A DNA stretch of 64,000 nucleotides. Origin: an uncultured Nitrososphaerales archaeon (lineage in GTDB: Archaea > Thermoproteota > Nitrososphaeria > Nitrososphaerales > Nitrososphaeraceae). The DNA lies in contig CAVQMO010000003.1 in NCBI GenBank assembly GCA_963713605.1, positions 1 through 64,000 on the forward strand, written 5' to 3'. The notes beneath the pieces are model-generated. The model was not told the DNA's origin and did no database searches. It was given only the letters and a program-made list of their open reading frames with translations. A program made the translations under genes and the position numbers. Shown one piece after another: positions 33,168-43,723 of the stretch (its first letter is position 1; every line of letters starts with the position of its first letter).

Positions 33168-33820
33168 GGCAGACGACCAGGAAAGTGAGGACTGACGGGA
33201 TCGCCTACCCGTACCATTTCAGATTGGTATTCATTTTATGGTCATTCCAACTAAAAGTCTTTTTGGTAATTTTACAAGATTTACGAAGTGAAAAGAGGTA
33301 GTGCGGCCGAGAATTTGTCATAACTGGCCGTCGCTACCCAAGCCATGCTGATTTACGATATGCTCATATTTTATAATTATTTTTTTATAATAGGCATTAT
33401 GGAACTTGGTTATTTGTTCTTCCAAATTTTTAAAATCTGATAGAGAAGTAGACGACCAATAAACGACATGTCAGACGCATTGATCGCCTACTGCCAGTTG
33501 GTTCTTTAAGAGTGATTTAAAGGCCTCAACTGCCAGCGAGTATTTGTACAACAAAGTATAAAAGTAGATAGAGAAGGACAGCCTACGTACAAGAATTTAG
33601 GAAGGGTGTAGGCGCCCTTCTCCCTTGCTAACCTTACTGCTTGGATTTAATAACTCTTGATTAACTTCGTCAAGTGACAATTTCATGAAATGAAAAATAG
33701 TTCGTAGAAAAAGAAAGGAAGGAAGGTTATTGATTATCTATTTTATGAAACTGCAGAAGAGTCTGATTTGATAAAAGGTAGGAAGGAACATTCCGAAGGC
33801 CTACGAGTGTCCTTCCTACC
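33168..33820 (-). ncRNA. Array of five candidate hairpin small-RNA cassettes
   Basis: Stems at 33168-33209, 33297-33338, 33447-33492, 33571-33622, 33777-33820; TATA-like box about 24 nt upstream in four; pyrimidine/T tracts downstream. Confidence 0.6.
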
Positions 33821-34082
33821 CACAGCATTGACTCATTTATTCCTTAAATAAGGGGTGCTTATAGGTTTTTTACCTAATTCTGTAAAAACTGAGAAAACTA
33901 ACAATTTCATGTAATATTGATACTTGGCCGTGTTACCCGATCGTGTCACCCCCCTGTCATATATTAAAAAGTAGATAAATTTCCACTCATGAGATATATC
34001 GCGAACGTTCGAATGGCAAATCAAGTCATTACTGGCGTATTGTTGTCGGTATTGTCTCCTTACGTTAATCGTTCTTACACCA

Positions 34083-34456
34083 GTGATGACTACTTTTGTC
34101 CAGGGGCAAACAACGACACCATTGCCATCTCCAGAATTACCACAATTTCCTTCTAACTTTTTTCAACCAACCTTAACGTTATGTGCATTCATGTATCTGG
34201 TTTCATTCCTTGGCAGTCAATGGCATCGTCACCAACACAATCCCCACAACGGGAATATATACCCGTAGTAATGATCGACAACCAGAATAACTTTATGAAT
34301 ACAATGTTTTCAGGTAACAATCTAATGCAACCTGTTGGTCAACAACAACAGCAACAACAACAGTTACCACAAGGACAAAATCTATGTGTTTACCATTATG
34401 ATCCTGCTATAATGCATCAAACACATCTGAGTGACTGGTCCGACCATTCAAAATAG
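34083..34456 (+). pseudogene. Fragmented Pro/Gln-rich secreted protein
   Basis: Two overlapping ORFs, poly-Q tract, hydrophobic leader upstream. Confidence 0.35.
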
Positions 34457-34468
34457 TCTGCCTCATCA

Positions 34469-35083
34469 ATGAACGACACAGAAACATTTTCCAATGATCT
34501 AAAAGACTTGGTCTTAAAACTTGGAAAGGCCTCTATGGTCACGTCATTAATAGGAAGTGTTAGCTTTGGTGATACTATAAACTTAAGCAATAATACGGGA
34601 GATTCAATAAGGCCTGAATTTAGTATATCTACTCCGTACGTATTCGTAGTCTGGCAAAATCAGAAAGGGTGACGATATATTCTTCAAAAGAAGGTACTGA
34701 TGATGGGGCTAGTTTTGGTGATACGATTAATGTAAGCAATAGTAGAGGCAATTCCATGAATCCTGAAACTAGTGTCACTAACACATCAAGCGTATTCATT
34801 ATATGGCAGGATCAGGTCAGCAATAGTAAGCTAAATGATATCTTATCAAGAAATAGTACAGATGGTGGAGCTAGCTTTTGGTGATACTATAAACTTAAGC
34901 AACCCCAATGACAATTCTACCGACTCAGATATTACTTCTTCGAATGACGGCAGAGTATTTGCAGTATGGTCAAATGATGCAAATGGTAAAACAAGTATTC
35001 TTCACATCACTGATGTAAGCTTTTGTAAGAATTGGTTTAATCCTTATGAAGATCTCTTTATTACATTTAGTATCACTATTTGA
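34469..35083 (+). pseudogene. BNR/Asp-box repeat gene in three frames
   Basis: Three repeats of SFGDTIN(L/V)SN..S..VF.VW. Confidence 0.7.
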
Positions 35084-35155
35084 CTTGGCGACCAGAGCAT
35101 AACACTCTAAAGTCGATGTATTCGAATAAGCATGGAGACTACTCTGTGGAATCAA

Positions 35156-35240
35156 TGATAAGTAATTTTCAATTTGTAGTTCTAAAACCCCTCTAACCTG
35201 ATTTTTCACATGCTTCCTTACATATATAATATATGTACGA
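35156..35240 (-). repeat. Dispersed repeat (promoter plus gene start), copy 1
   Basis: Matches 43308-43404 apart from an indel; both encode RGVLELQIENYLSL. Confidence 0.85.
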
Positions 35241-35808
35241 CTAGTGGGCTGCTAACTGCCCACAAATGCGGATATTCTGGATTGATTAATAATGCGGCCT
35301 ATGGTACCATGAATTACACTCCTTTGCTAATTGCGAGCAAGCGGATAATATTCTTCGTTAGGATTATGACGAGGTTTCAGAGAACGTAGAAATGGTATTA
35401 AAGATGGATGATAAACAGATGCTCTCTACTCGTTTACCTCATTCGCCCCACCTACATTGACCAAATCTTCGCCGAATGGATTTAGAATCATACAATACTT
35501 GTTATCAACCTGAGTGGTAGATATCATACAAGCCACGTCGTTGTCATGTTAAACCTGTCCAATGACATATGATAATTGCTGAAGCGTAAGAAAATCACCC
35601 TCAATTGAGGGAGCTGAATCTTCAACTACAGTTGAACCGTCCAATATTCCTATTCTTAATAGGTGTCTAAATCTGTCTCTTCGAAAGAACCATATGTTAT
35701 ATCCATCTCAACTTAGAATTACTAACCAGCGTTATGTATAATATCTTAGATAAAGAGAAATCTGTATAAATATTATAGCGGTAGGAAACCATTTTTCACA
35801 TAATTTCG

Positions 35809-37035
35809 TTACACTTTGGTTTTCAGTACCTCAGGCTTTACTTGTGATAATTGAGGATTTTGTTGTATCATGACCATGATCTGATTGAATCTCTGGTTGG
35901 TTTCTTCTCTTATAGATTCTATTTCAGATTCATACTTCTCTTTCATATCATGTAATTCTCTATCTTTTTCTCTAGGTTTGGCTTCAATACCTTTTTCCTC
36001 TTGCTTCAAGCGTCGTGTAATCTAGGAATGTCAAGTATTTCATACATTCCGTAGTATAAACCTCCATTCTATCAATCTCTAATATAATATGGGGATTTTG
36101 CGTGCCCCAAAAACCATTCGCTGTAATCTTGCCCTACTTGGTCACTTATCACTGTTTTTACAAAACGTCTAAACGAGTGTAAAGTTATCTTTCTTCGTCT
36201 TCCTAAGACCGTCTTCCTTTCTTTCATCCATTCCTGCCACAGATAATAACTTCTCAAATTCATGTATGATTCTAAAATAGATATTTTTTGGATTAGCCTT
36301 GTTTTTGACTCTGTATGCACTGAATACCAAATCATCAGATTTCAGTTTTTAAGTCCAATCATAGTCTTTGTTTTTATATTTCCAGTTAATCCAGTCTTTA
36401 AGAAATCTTGTGGCTTCATCTGAGATGTAAACATCCCGTGAAACTCTTGTCATTGAATATTCTTTTCTTACACGAATCTTTGTAGGGCTGGATGAAAAAT
36501 CAATATCCTTAAGCCGAATAGCAAATGCTTCTACTGCTCTGAAACCGCCACTGGCCAGGACCATAATATAGGCCTTCAATCTCCTATTAGTACATACAAG
36601 CAGGATGTTTTTAATACCTTGGACATCTAAAGCTTCTTCATCGTTTCGATATATTTTTGGCATCTTTACTTTTCTCTTAAATTTTGAAGGCACCGCATCA
36701 ATATTATAATATGCAAAATACGATCGCAAACCAGCCATATACAATTTGATACTAGGTGCTAAAAGATTTAGTGAACTAAGGAATGAAACGAATCTATCTA
36801 ATAATTCATACAGATTAATTTCTTGTCTTAATAAAGGTGATACGATTGTTTCTACGGAATAGTAGTTCAGCTTGTCGTCATGGAATAGAAATTGCTGAAA
36901 CTTATGTAGCCCCTATACTTTCTCTGATGCTGCACTATTTCTGCGAATGCTGTCCAAAAATGTTTTGACTCTAGGTAATTGTGCTATTTCATTTCTTGGG
37001 ACTGATTGGGTTGTGATCTTATCTCACTAGTTCAT
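35809..37035 (-). pseudogene. Tyrosine recombinase/integrase, fragmented
   Basis: SGGFRAVE, LHSFRRF, FLGH..YY over at least 4 frames; coiled-coil tail. Confidence 0.85.
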
Positions 37036-37065
37036 AGTAAATTATATTGTTATATTGACTTTTTT

Positions 37066-37872
37066 TTAACTAATATAACCTGTGTTAACTGGTTTGCGTA
37101 ACACACCGGGGGGTTGCTGATTCTCCAATACTTTCTCAGCGGCCTGTTGTTGGATTGTTTGGATTAATGCCTCAGTATCTCGTGCTTTATTTTCAAGGTT
37201 ATCCATATTCACCGTTAGTCCAAGTATTGAAAGTAGGCTTTCTAGAATAATCTTGGAAGCTTTGGCGTCAACTACATAACCTGATGTTTCTACTAATAAA
37301 CAAGTACCTTGCAATCCACGAAGTTTTCCAACACCAATAATCAGGCCATTCATTCCTGCAATAGTGCCACTATCCATGGTCAGGATATTTTTTTCCTTAA
37401 ATGTACTCACTATATTCGAATCGGTAGCTGTTCCGAAGATCCTGGGCTTATCCACAAATGTTCCAGTAACGTATGCTGCCAAAGTGATGATCCTTTTTGT
37501 ATTAAACTTTGTAGCAATATCTATGATTTGGTCAGATAAAAAATATGCAGAATTAGGATTCTCTGGTTGTGAGTCTCCGGTCAATAAGAGCATATCATAA
37601 TTGGAACCAGGGGTAGTAGACGCCTTTGAATAAAAAATTGTGTTTTTCATAAGCTCTGCGATGCCGTCGCTTCTAATCATAATCTGTGGAGGAAACGAAC
37701 TCGAGTAAATATCAGCAAGATGACTTGCATTTAGTTCCTGAATCAAATGGTCGATTGCAATCTTTCCGACATATCCACTTCCAGGGAAGCCGCAGATCAA
37801 AAGCGGCGAGTGCAATTGTGGCATGTTGGCAGAGGAGTACACTACTTCATTTTTCTGTAAAGAAGATGACAT
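37066..37872 (-). CDS. PAC2 family proteasome assembly chaperone-like protein
   Basis: GFPGSGYVGKIA, GDSQP, GMNGL, C-terminal GYIS. Confidence 0.9.
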   Translation of the reverse strand: MSSSLQKNEVVYSSANMPQLHSPLLICGFPGSGYVGKIAIDHLIQELNASHLADIYSSSFPPQIMIRSDGIAELMKNTIFYSKASTTPGSNYDMLLLTGDSQPENPNSAYFLSDQIIDIATKFNTKRIITLAAYVTGTFVDKPRIFGTATDSNIVSTFKEKNILTMDSGTIAGMNGLIIGVGKLRGLQGTCLLVETSGYVVDAKASKIILESLLSILGLTVNMDNLENKARDTEALIQTIQQQAAEKVLENQQPPGVLRKPVNTGYIS

Positions 37873-38126
37873 CTATTTATATAATCATTGATTGATTTTA
37901 AAGTGTTGCATATGGATCTCTCGTAACAATATTGAAAACTAAACATTCAAGGCGGCATATTAAATAAGACTTGAGAAAAGAATGTGTTTCACGGTGGATA
38001 AGCAGAAATAGATAAGCAATCACAAGAGTAGCCACATTTTTTATCTCCTTCTTTGAACTAGACGAAGGAAAACTAACCTACAAGGGGCACCATTACAAAT
38101 ATTTTAATTCGTGCTCACGCGATCAT

Positions 38127-39080
38127 TTAATTGCATTTGCCATCATAAATCCAGTCTTTATTGTTAGTAACTAAAAGTACATTTGAATAATTAGGATTAC
38201 GATAGATGCAATTGCTGCACGGGATAGTGATAAGCCATGCGTAAACAATTCGCTTTCCAATACCCCATCTAACCGCCGAAAGCCTTCTTGTTGAACCAAC
38301 CACCATGATGGCGCCTAAGATGGCTTGGGTAGTACTTACTGGGATTCCTAGTCCAGCCATTGCCGCAAGGATTACACCTCCCCCAGTTTCAGCGCAAAAA
38401 CCTCGATAGGGATTGAGCTCGGTAATGCGAAATGCCATAGTTTTTACTATTCGCCATCCCCCCAAGAATGTTCCAGCTGATATTGCTGCAGCAGCACATG
38501 ATAGCCCACGTGGGAACTACAAATTCATCTGGGCTCATAAACCCTCCAGCGATAAGTAACGCTGTTATAACTCCCATAGTCTTTTGCCCAGCATTCGCTC
38601 CATGCGCTAATGAAAAGAACGCACTTGAGACGATCTGAAGCTTCCCAAAGACTTGGTTGATGAATAGTGGCATTGAACCTTTAAGGAAAATATAAAATTA
38701 TCATAGCTAGAACAAATGCTATCACAAATCCTGCCACAGGTGATAGAATCATAAATATTAGGACTTTCTCAACACCAGGAACTATTATTGCGTCCCAAGT
38801 TCGAACTATCAATGCGGATCCAACTAGGCCTCCCATAAGTGCATGACTGCTGGAAGAGGGAAGACCAAAATACCATGTGACCAAATCCCAGATTATGGCA
38901 CCTATTCGACCAGCAAGGATTATATCTACAGTCGAGAACTCAGGTTAGGGTTCTGTTGTTGCTATTGCTGTTCCAAAGTTTGTAAATGCGGCTATAATGA
39001 CTGCGTGAAGCGGCTTGAGAACCCGAGTTCCTACCAATTATTATCTTGTCATTACCACGAATCCATGAAAACCAGGTTAT
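38127..39080 (-). pseudogene. PiT inorganic phosphate transporter, decayed
   Basis: GLPSSSSHAL, HGANAGQKTMG, GIPVSTTQ; N-terminal deletions, a stop and frameshifts. Confidence 0.88.
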
Positions 39081-39237
39081 AAAAACCAACAATTAAGATC
39101 GAGATTGGTACCGTATTAAATTTTCCTTGGACCTTTTAAAACATTGGATCCTTTAAACTATGATGCAGGGTATTATCACATAAATGTTCAACAAAGAATA
39201 TATTCATTGATAAATTTAGACTACTTACTCGTATTGC

Positions 39238-40080
39238 TCAATTATCAATTAGTATTTTCGAGAGATTGGTGGCCGGTTTGGGAAATTTCGGCTTCATTCT
39301 TTCAAGTGTATCAACTATAATCAGGCCTACCGCAAGGTTTCTAAACCATTTTTTATTCGCAGGGATGATGTACCAAGGTGCCCATAAATTACTACATCTT
39401 CTGATGATGTCTTGATATGCAGCAGTATAACTACTCCAGAATTTTCGGTCTTTTATATCTCTTTCAGAAACCTTCCATTGTTTTGAGGGATCAGTCATTC
39501 TTTCCTCGAGTCTTTTTCTTTGCTCCTCCTTACTAATATGTAAAAAGAATTTGATGATCTTTGTGCTATCGTCTAAGAGACATCTCTCGAATGCATTGAT
39601 ATGTTCGTATCTTTGGGACCAAATTGATTTGTGAATTGTTTTATGAACTCTCGGTTGTATAATATCTTCATAATGAGAACGATTGAATACGGCTATCTCT
39701 CCCTTTGCAGGGGCACTCTTGTGAATACGCCAAAGAAAATCGTGCGATAAATCTTCTGCCGTTGGTTCTTTGAATGCTTTTACTGTACAGCCTTGTGGGT
39801 TGAATGCACTGATAACGTGTCTTATTGTGCTGTCCTTTCCAGAAGTGTCAACACCCTGAACGACAATCAGCAAGGTCTTTTTTCTTTCTGCATAGAGTCT
39901 GTACTGCAAATCGGACATTCGTTTCTTGAGATTCTGCTCAAGTACATGTTCAGCTTTTTTCTCGTCGATATTAAAATCGTAATCTGGATTCAACTTTTGT
40001 AGATTTATTTTTTTACCTTCAGCTACCATAAGCTGGTTGATAATATCGTTAACCTTTATCTCAAAGGAAGACATCAGCAC
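39238..40080 (-). CDS. ppk2: Polyphosphate kinase 2 family protein
   Basis: QGVDTSGKDSTI, FKEPT, HDFLWR, FNRSHYED, APWYIIPA. Confidence 0.93.
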   Translation of the reverse strand: MLMSSFEIKVNDIINQLMVAEGKKINLQKLNPDYDFNIDEKKAEHVLEQNLKKRMSDLQYRLYAERKKTLLIVVQGVDTSGKDSTIRHVISAFNPQGCTVKAFKEPTAEDLSHDFLWRIHKSAPAKGEIAVFNRSHYEDIIQPRVHKTIHKSIWSQRYEHINAFERCLLDDSTKIIKFFLHISKEEQRKRLEERMTDPSKQWKVSERDIKDRKFWSSYTAAYQDIIRRCSNLWAPWYIIPANKKWFRNLAVGLIIVDTLERMKPKFPKPATNLSKILIDN

Positions 40081-40571
40081 TAGCTTTTCTATACTTTATG
40101 AGTATAATTTATAGGTCACAATTATACTTTGAGACTACTGTGAAAGCAAGATCTTTTATTGGTATAGTGGCCTTGCTAAGTCCGATTTTAATTATTGTCG
40201 TTTAGTGTACCGATGAGAAAGATGTCTAGTAGACATGATTTTTACTTTCGATACCTAATAATCCTCATTCAAGAAGTTGGTGTTCAGGTTGGTTTTGAGA
40301 TTGTTTAATTAAGTCGCTTAGTGGCCCTTTTATTTCTTTAACTCTCATTTTAGGCAGAACCGCTTCTTCTCTTCGTCTTTCCTTTTTCTGGTAGAAAAGA
40401 TGTTTTACTAGGGTCGATCTTAAATTTTTCAGCATTTCAGTGAACTGTTTCTCACTCTCCGCCCCAGTGACTGGGTGCACACCGACAGTTAGCAGGAAAG
40501 TAATCAAGAATACTGAAAAATAAGTAATGGCTATAGATTAACTTTATCTTTATGATTTAGTCATAAGAGTT

Positions 40572-40949
40572 GTGAAGGAATTAAGTATCTATCTTTTTAC
40601 TGAAGCTGTTCCCACAGCGACCGAAATTCTTCGCAAGCATGGTATCGGAGGTCTGGCCTTTTATGAATTATATTGTGCTGGTCGTACAAGACGGCATGAG
40701 ATACCTGAGATGGTCTTTCGGGGTGCACGTGCCTATCAGACAGGTAGAAGAATCACTCCAGAATTTGAAAAGAGATCCAAGATTGAGACCTTCGTACCCG
40801 ACTCGTCTGCAAAAGAAATTGTTGATGAACTTATTAGCAGCTTCGGCTCAGAGTCTGAGCCGAGCGGTATGGTCTTTGTTAAAGAGGTTTCTGAGGCCTA
40901 CGAGATCGGCTCTAAACAGAGCGGTGAGGCAATTTTAACTGCCAAATAG
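40572..40949 (+). CDS. Divergent P-II-like protein
   Basis: GIGGL..AGRT..long T-loop..KIETFV..GMVFV..IGSKQSGE. Confidence 0.75.
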   Translation: MKELSIYLFTEAVPTATEILRKHGIGGLAFYELYCAGRTRRHEIPEMVFRGARAYQTGRRITPEFEKRSKIETFVPDSSAKEIVDELISSFGSESEPSGMVFVKEVSEAYEIGSKQSGEAILTAK

Positions 40950-42463
40950 ATAGCTTACGGAATATCTTTTTGTTGTTAGACCATTGGTTTTAGCTTGATC
41001 TGTATTGCCGTTAACATAAGATTATCCTTTAGCTTTTACCGTTGTGTATTTCGTACTAATCGGTATCAAGTGAGGGCGTTGGTACCAATAGGGCTGCCGC
41101 CTCTGTCAACGTCATATATCGCTCACTCAATATCAGCATCAACTCAGGAGGCTTGAGTGCAACAGTTCCACTTGGTGGTTTGGGAGGTTTGGGAGATTTG
41201 ACTAGATATGGACGGAGGATAGCCCGAACATTGAGTATTACGAAAAGCGCTGCGTGAATCTACCATCTTACTCTATAAAGCATTTTGAGGACAAGATAGA
41301 CGAAGCAGTGAAAGACAGGGACTCAGACAAAGCCAAACATATAGAGCAAGACAGTGTCATTAAAGAAGAACCAATCTATTTTCTCAGTTCATTTTAGATA
41401 AGTTCCAGAGCGAGAGTATACACTTGCCATCGAACTACCAAAGGAATACTTTGCAGACAAATTTCATGTCCTTCCAGAAAAGACCAAAGAATTATTCTTA
41501 TACTATACAAAGGCTGCTGACAAAGCAGTCAAGCCAACAGACGGCGCAATAACCAGAGCTAGAGAACTGGGAACCAACAGACGATGAGATAGATAACGGG
41601 GAGAGGTCTAGGCCAGACGTGGGATGGGTTAAACATAATCATGTCGCGGTATATATCAAATGACGGAGATTGGAGAAATGAAAATCAGTGCTTCGAAAGT
41701 GAGTGTCTGGGTATGATTCATTTCTAACCAATCACGAAATTTTTCTCTTATAAATGAATGATAATGCCATCAAAATTCAATATAATAGAGTATTGGGTGG
41801 GACAAAGTCGTCGTGATACTACAATGCTTATATTATTTATTTGATATACAAATCCAACTTTTGCATTGACGTACTCCAACAAGTGGGTTGACAGGCTTGC
41901 CCATTCCATTATCCACCCGCTGGTCATAGTTATGCTAGCCGATAGTTTTCATGACCAACTAGTCAGTTCTAATATTTTCATTTACAAAGCTTGTAAGAAT
42001 AGCAACTGGTTATTTTGATTTAAAACTTAAAGATAGGAAGAAAACCAAGAAGACCAGAACTTGGTCTCTTGCTTCCTACATATAGGGTTTGCCAGAATCG
42101 TCCCTTTTTGTGGTTGGTATTGCAGTATTACTGCTTGCACAAAAAATTATAAAAACGATCTATCTGTAGCAAATTTAAGATCCTTCTAATTTTCTTTCTT
42201 AGTTTTAGTGTCGTCTAGAATTTTTTGAAATATTGGTTTTAATTGAGATGGAATGGCATCAAGATGTCTTTCGAGCACAGCCAATACAACCCAATGCCCA
42301 GGCATCATTTGATTCCATGATAAAACCTGTATGTTATCCACTTAGCTCTATGCGACACTTAGAAAGAAGAATAAGGGCGGTGATACTAACGACAGATAAT
42401 TAGAAATGTAATAAATGCCCGAATGAGGCATGTTTAGTTAAACCTTTCTGGCCGTTCCTTTAC

Positions 42464-42760
42464 TCATGAATTGCATTCCCTCATGCACCACTGAACTCCG
42501 TCTGTAGTTAACATTATTTCACGTCCGTTCTCTCGTTTAACATATTCATTTAGTATTGCATCTTCAACCAGGTTGTCTGTAGCTTCTTGTTCAACACCAC
42601 TGAAAGAGCCAATATCCATCTCTTTGAATACCTTATCAGCAGCTACTGGTTTATCCATAAGTCCGTTTGCTAACTTATAGAGCGCACATAAAAACCGACG
42701 TCTGTACATATTAAGTTCAGAAGGGGTCAATAAAGTCATATTCTCGGGTACTAAATGCAT
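42464..42760 (-). CDS. Small wHTH-like hypothetical protein
   Basis: FLCALYKL..EYVK..IMLTTDG wing pattern. Confidence 0.5.
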   Translation of the reverse strand: MHLVPENMTLLTPSELNMYRRRFLCALYKLANGLMDKPVAADKVFKEMDIGSFSGVEQEATDNLVEDAILNEYVKRENGREIMLTTDGVQWCMRECNS

Positions 42761-43307
42761 ATATTTATGGTTTTTCTGTGAATTTAATTTTTCTTTCTTT
42801 TGTTACTAGATATAGAGTACAAAGTCCTGAACATGACGATAGTTTGTTATAGTACATTTATCAGACTCAGGGCATCATTGTTGAGAGAAAAGTAGGCACT
42901 TCGGTTGTAGCCTAATCCGGACCCTGTTAATTGTGTCCAACGTTAGCATCGTTGAATGTTTCTTGATATTATACCAATGATTCTTTCTGTAAACCTTAGG
43001 TCCGGCGAACGATCTATTTTTAGAACCTTTACCAGCTGGTAACCATGATGTAAGTCTCCAAGTAAGCGTGTGCTAAATACTATCCGATCAAGCTATAACT
43101 ATATTGCAGACTGGACATATCACCTAAACATAGTTCCCTGAAACTCTATTATGTGTCAGACTAGATGGAGAACCTCGAGCTGAGTCAAAGCAGGAGCGAA
43201 GGAGGTGATAATACATCCCAAGACATAACCGAATACTGCGTCGTCAGACTCCTTAACGTGCATTTCGCTTTGCTTATCGCGAAACATTATTACATACTGT
43301 GGTCTCA

Positions 43308-43404
43308 ATGATAAGTAATTTTCAATTTGTAGTTCTAAAACTCCTCTCGGCGCTGAGTGGCATGAGTTTTTCACATGCTTCCTTACATATATAATATGTG
43401 TACG
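43308..43404 (-). repeat. Dispersed repeat, copy 2 (start of truncated ORF 43156..43374)
   Basis: See 35156..35240. Confidence 0.85.
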
Positions 43405-43723
43405 ATTTTACATAAAGCAAACCGGTTTATCATATTATCATAATTTTATAATCCATAATTGTCACGTTGGCAGGAACATGGTCCATTGGGTTCATTTCTC
43501 CGGCTGAATTCGGGTTTTGGATTGTAAAGTCGGTATTGTAACATGTCTTTTACATTCTAGATTTTAGAAGACAGAAATTAGGATATTATGAATGAATTGT
43601 AAAGGAAATCTGTCATTAATATACTCTGTTTTACTCTCTCGATTGCATGATAAAGAATCTTTTATGATTTTAGTATTGAATTGATTGGAGGAATATCCTG
43701 CTCGAAATATCCCGCTCAATGAA

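Noticed and set aside
33168..33820. CRISPR or TIGR interpretation of the hairpin array
   Set aside because: No identical repeats, irregular spacing, no evident box C/D motifs, and no cas or Nop-domain gene in the window
41170..41200. GGTTTGGGA tandem repeat
   Set aside because: Only two copies; no replication gene context
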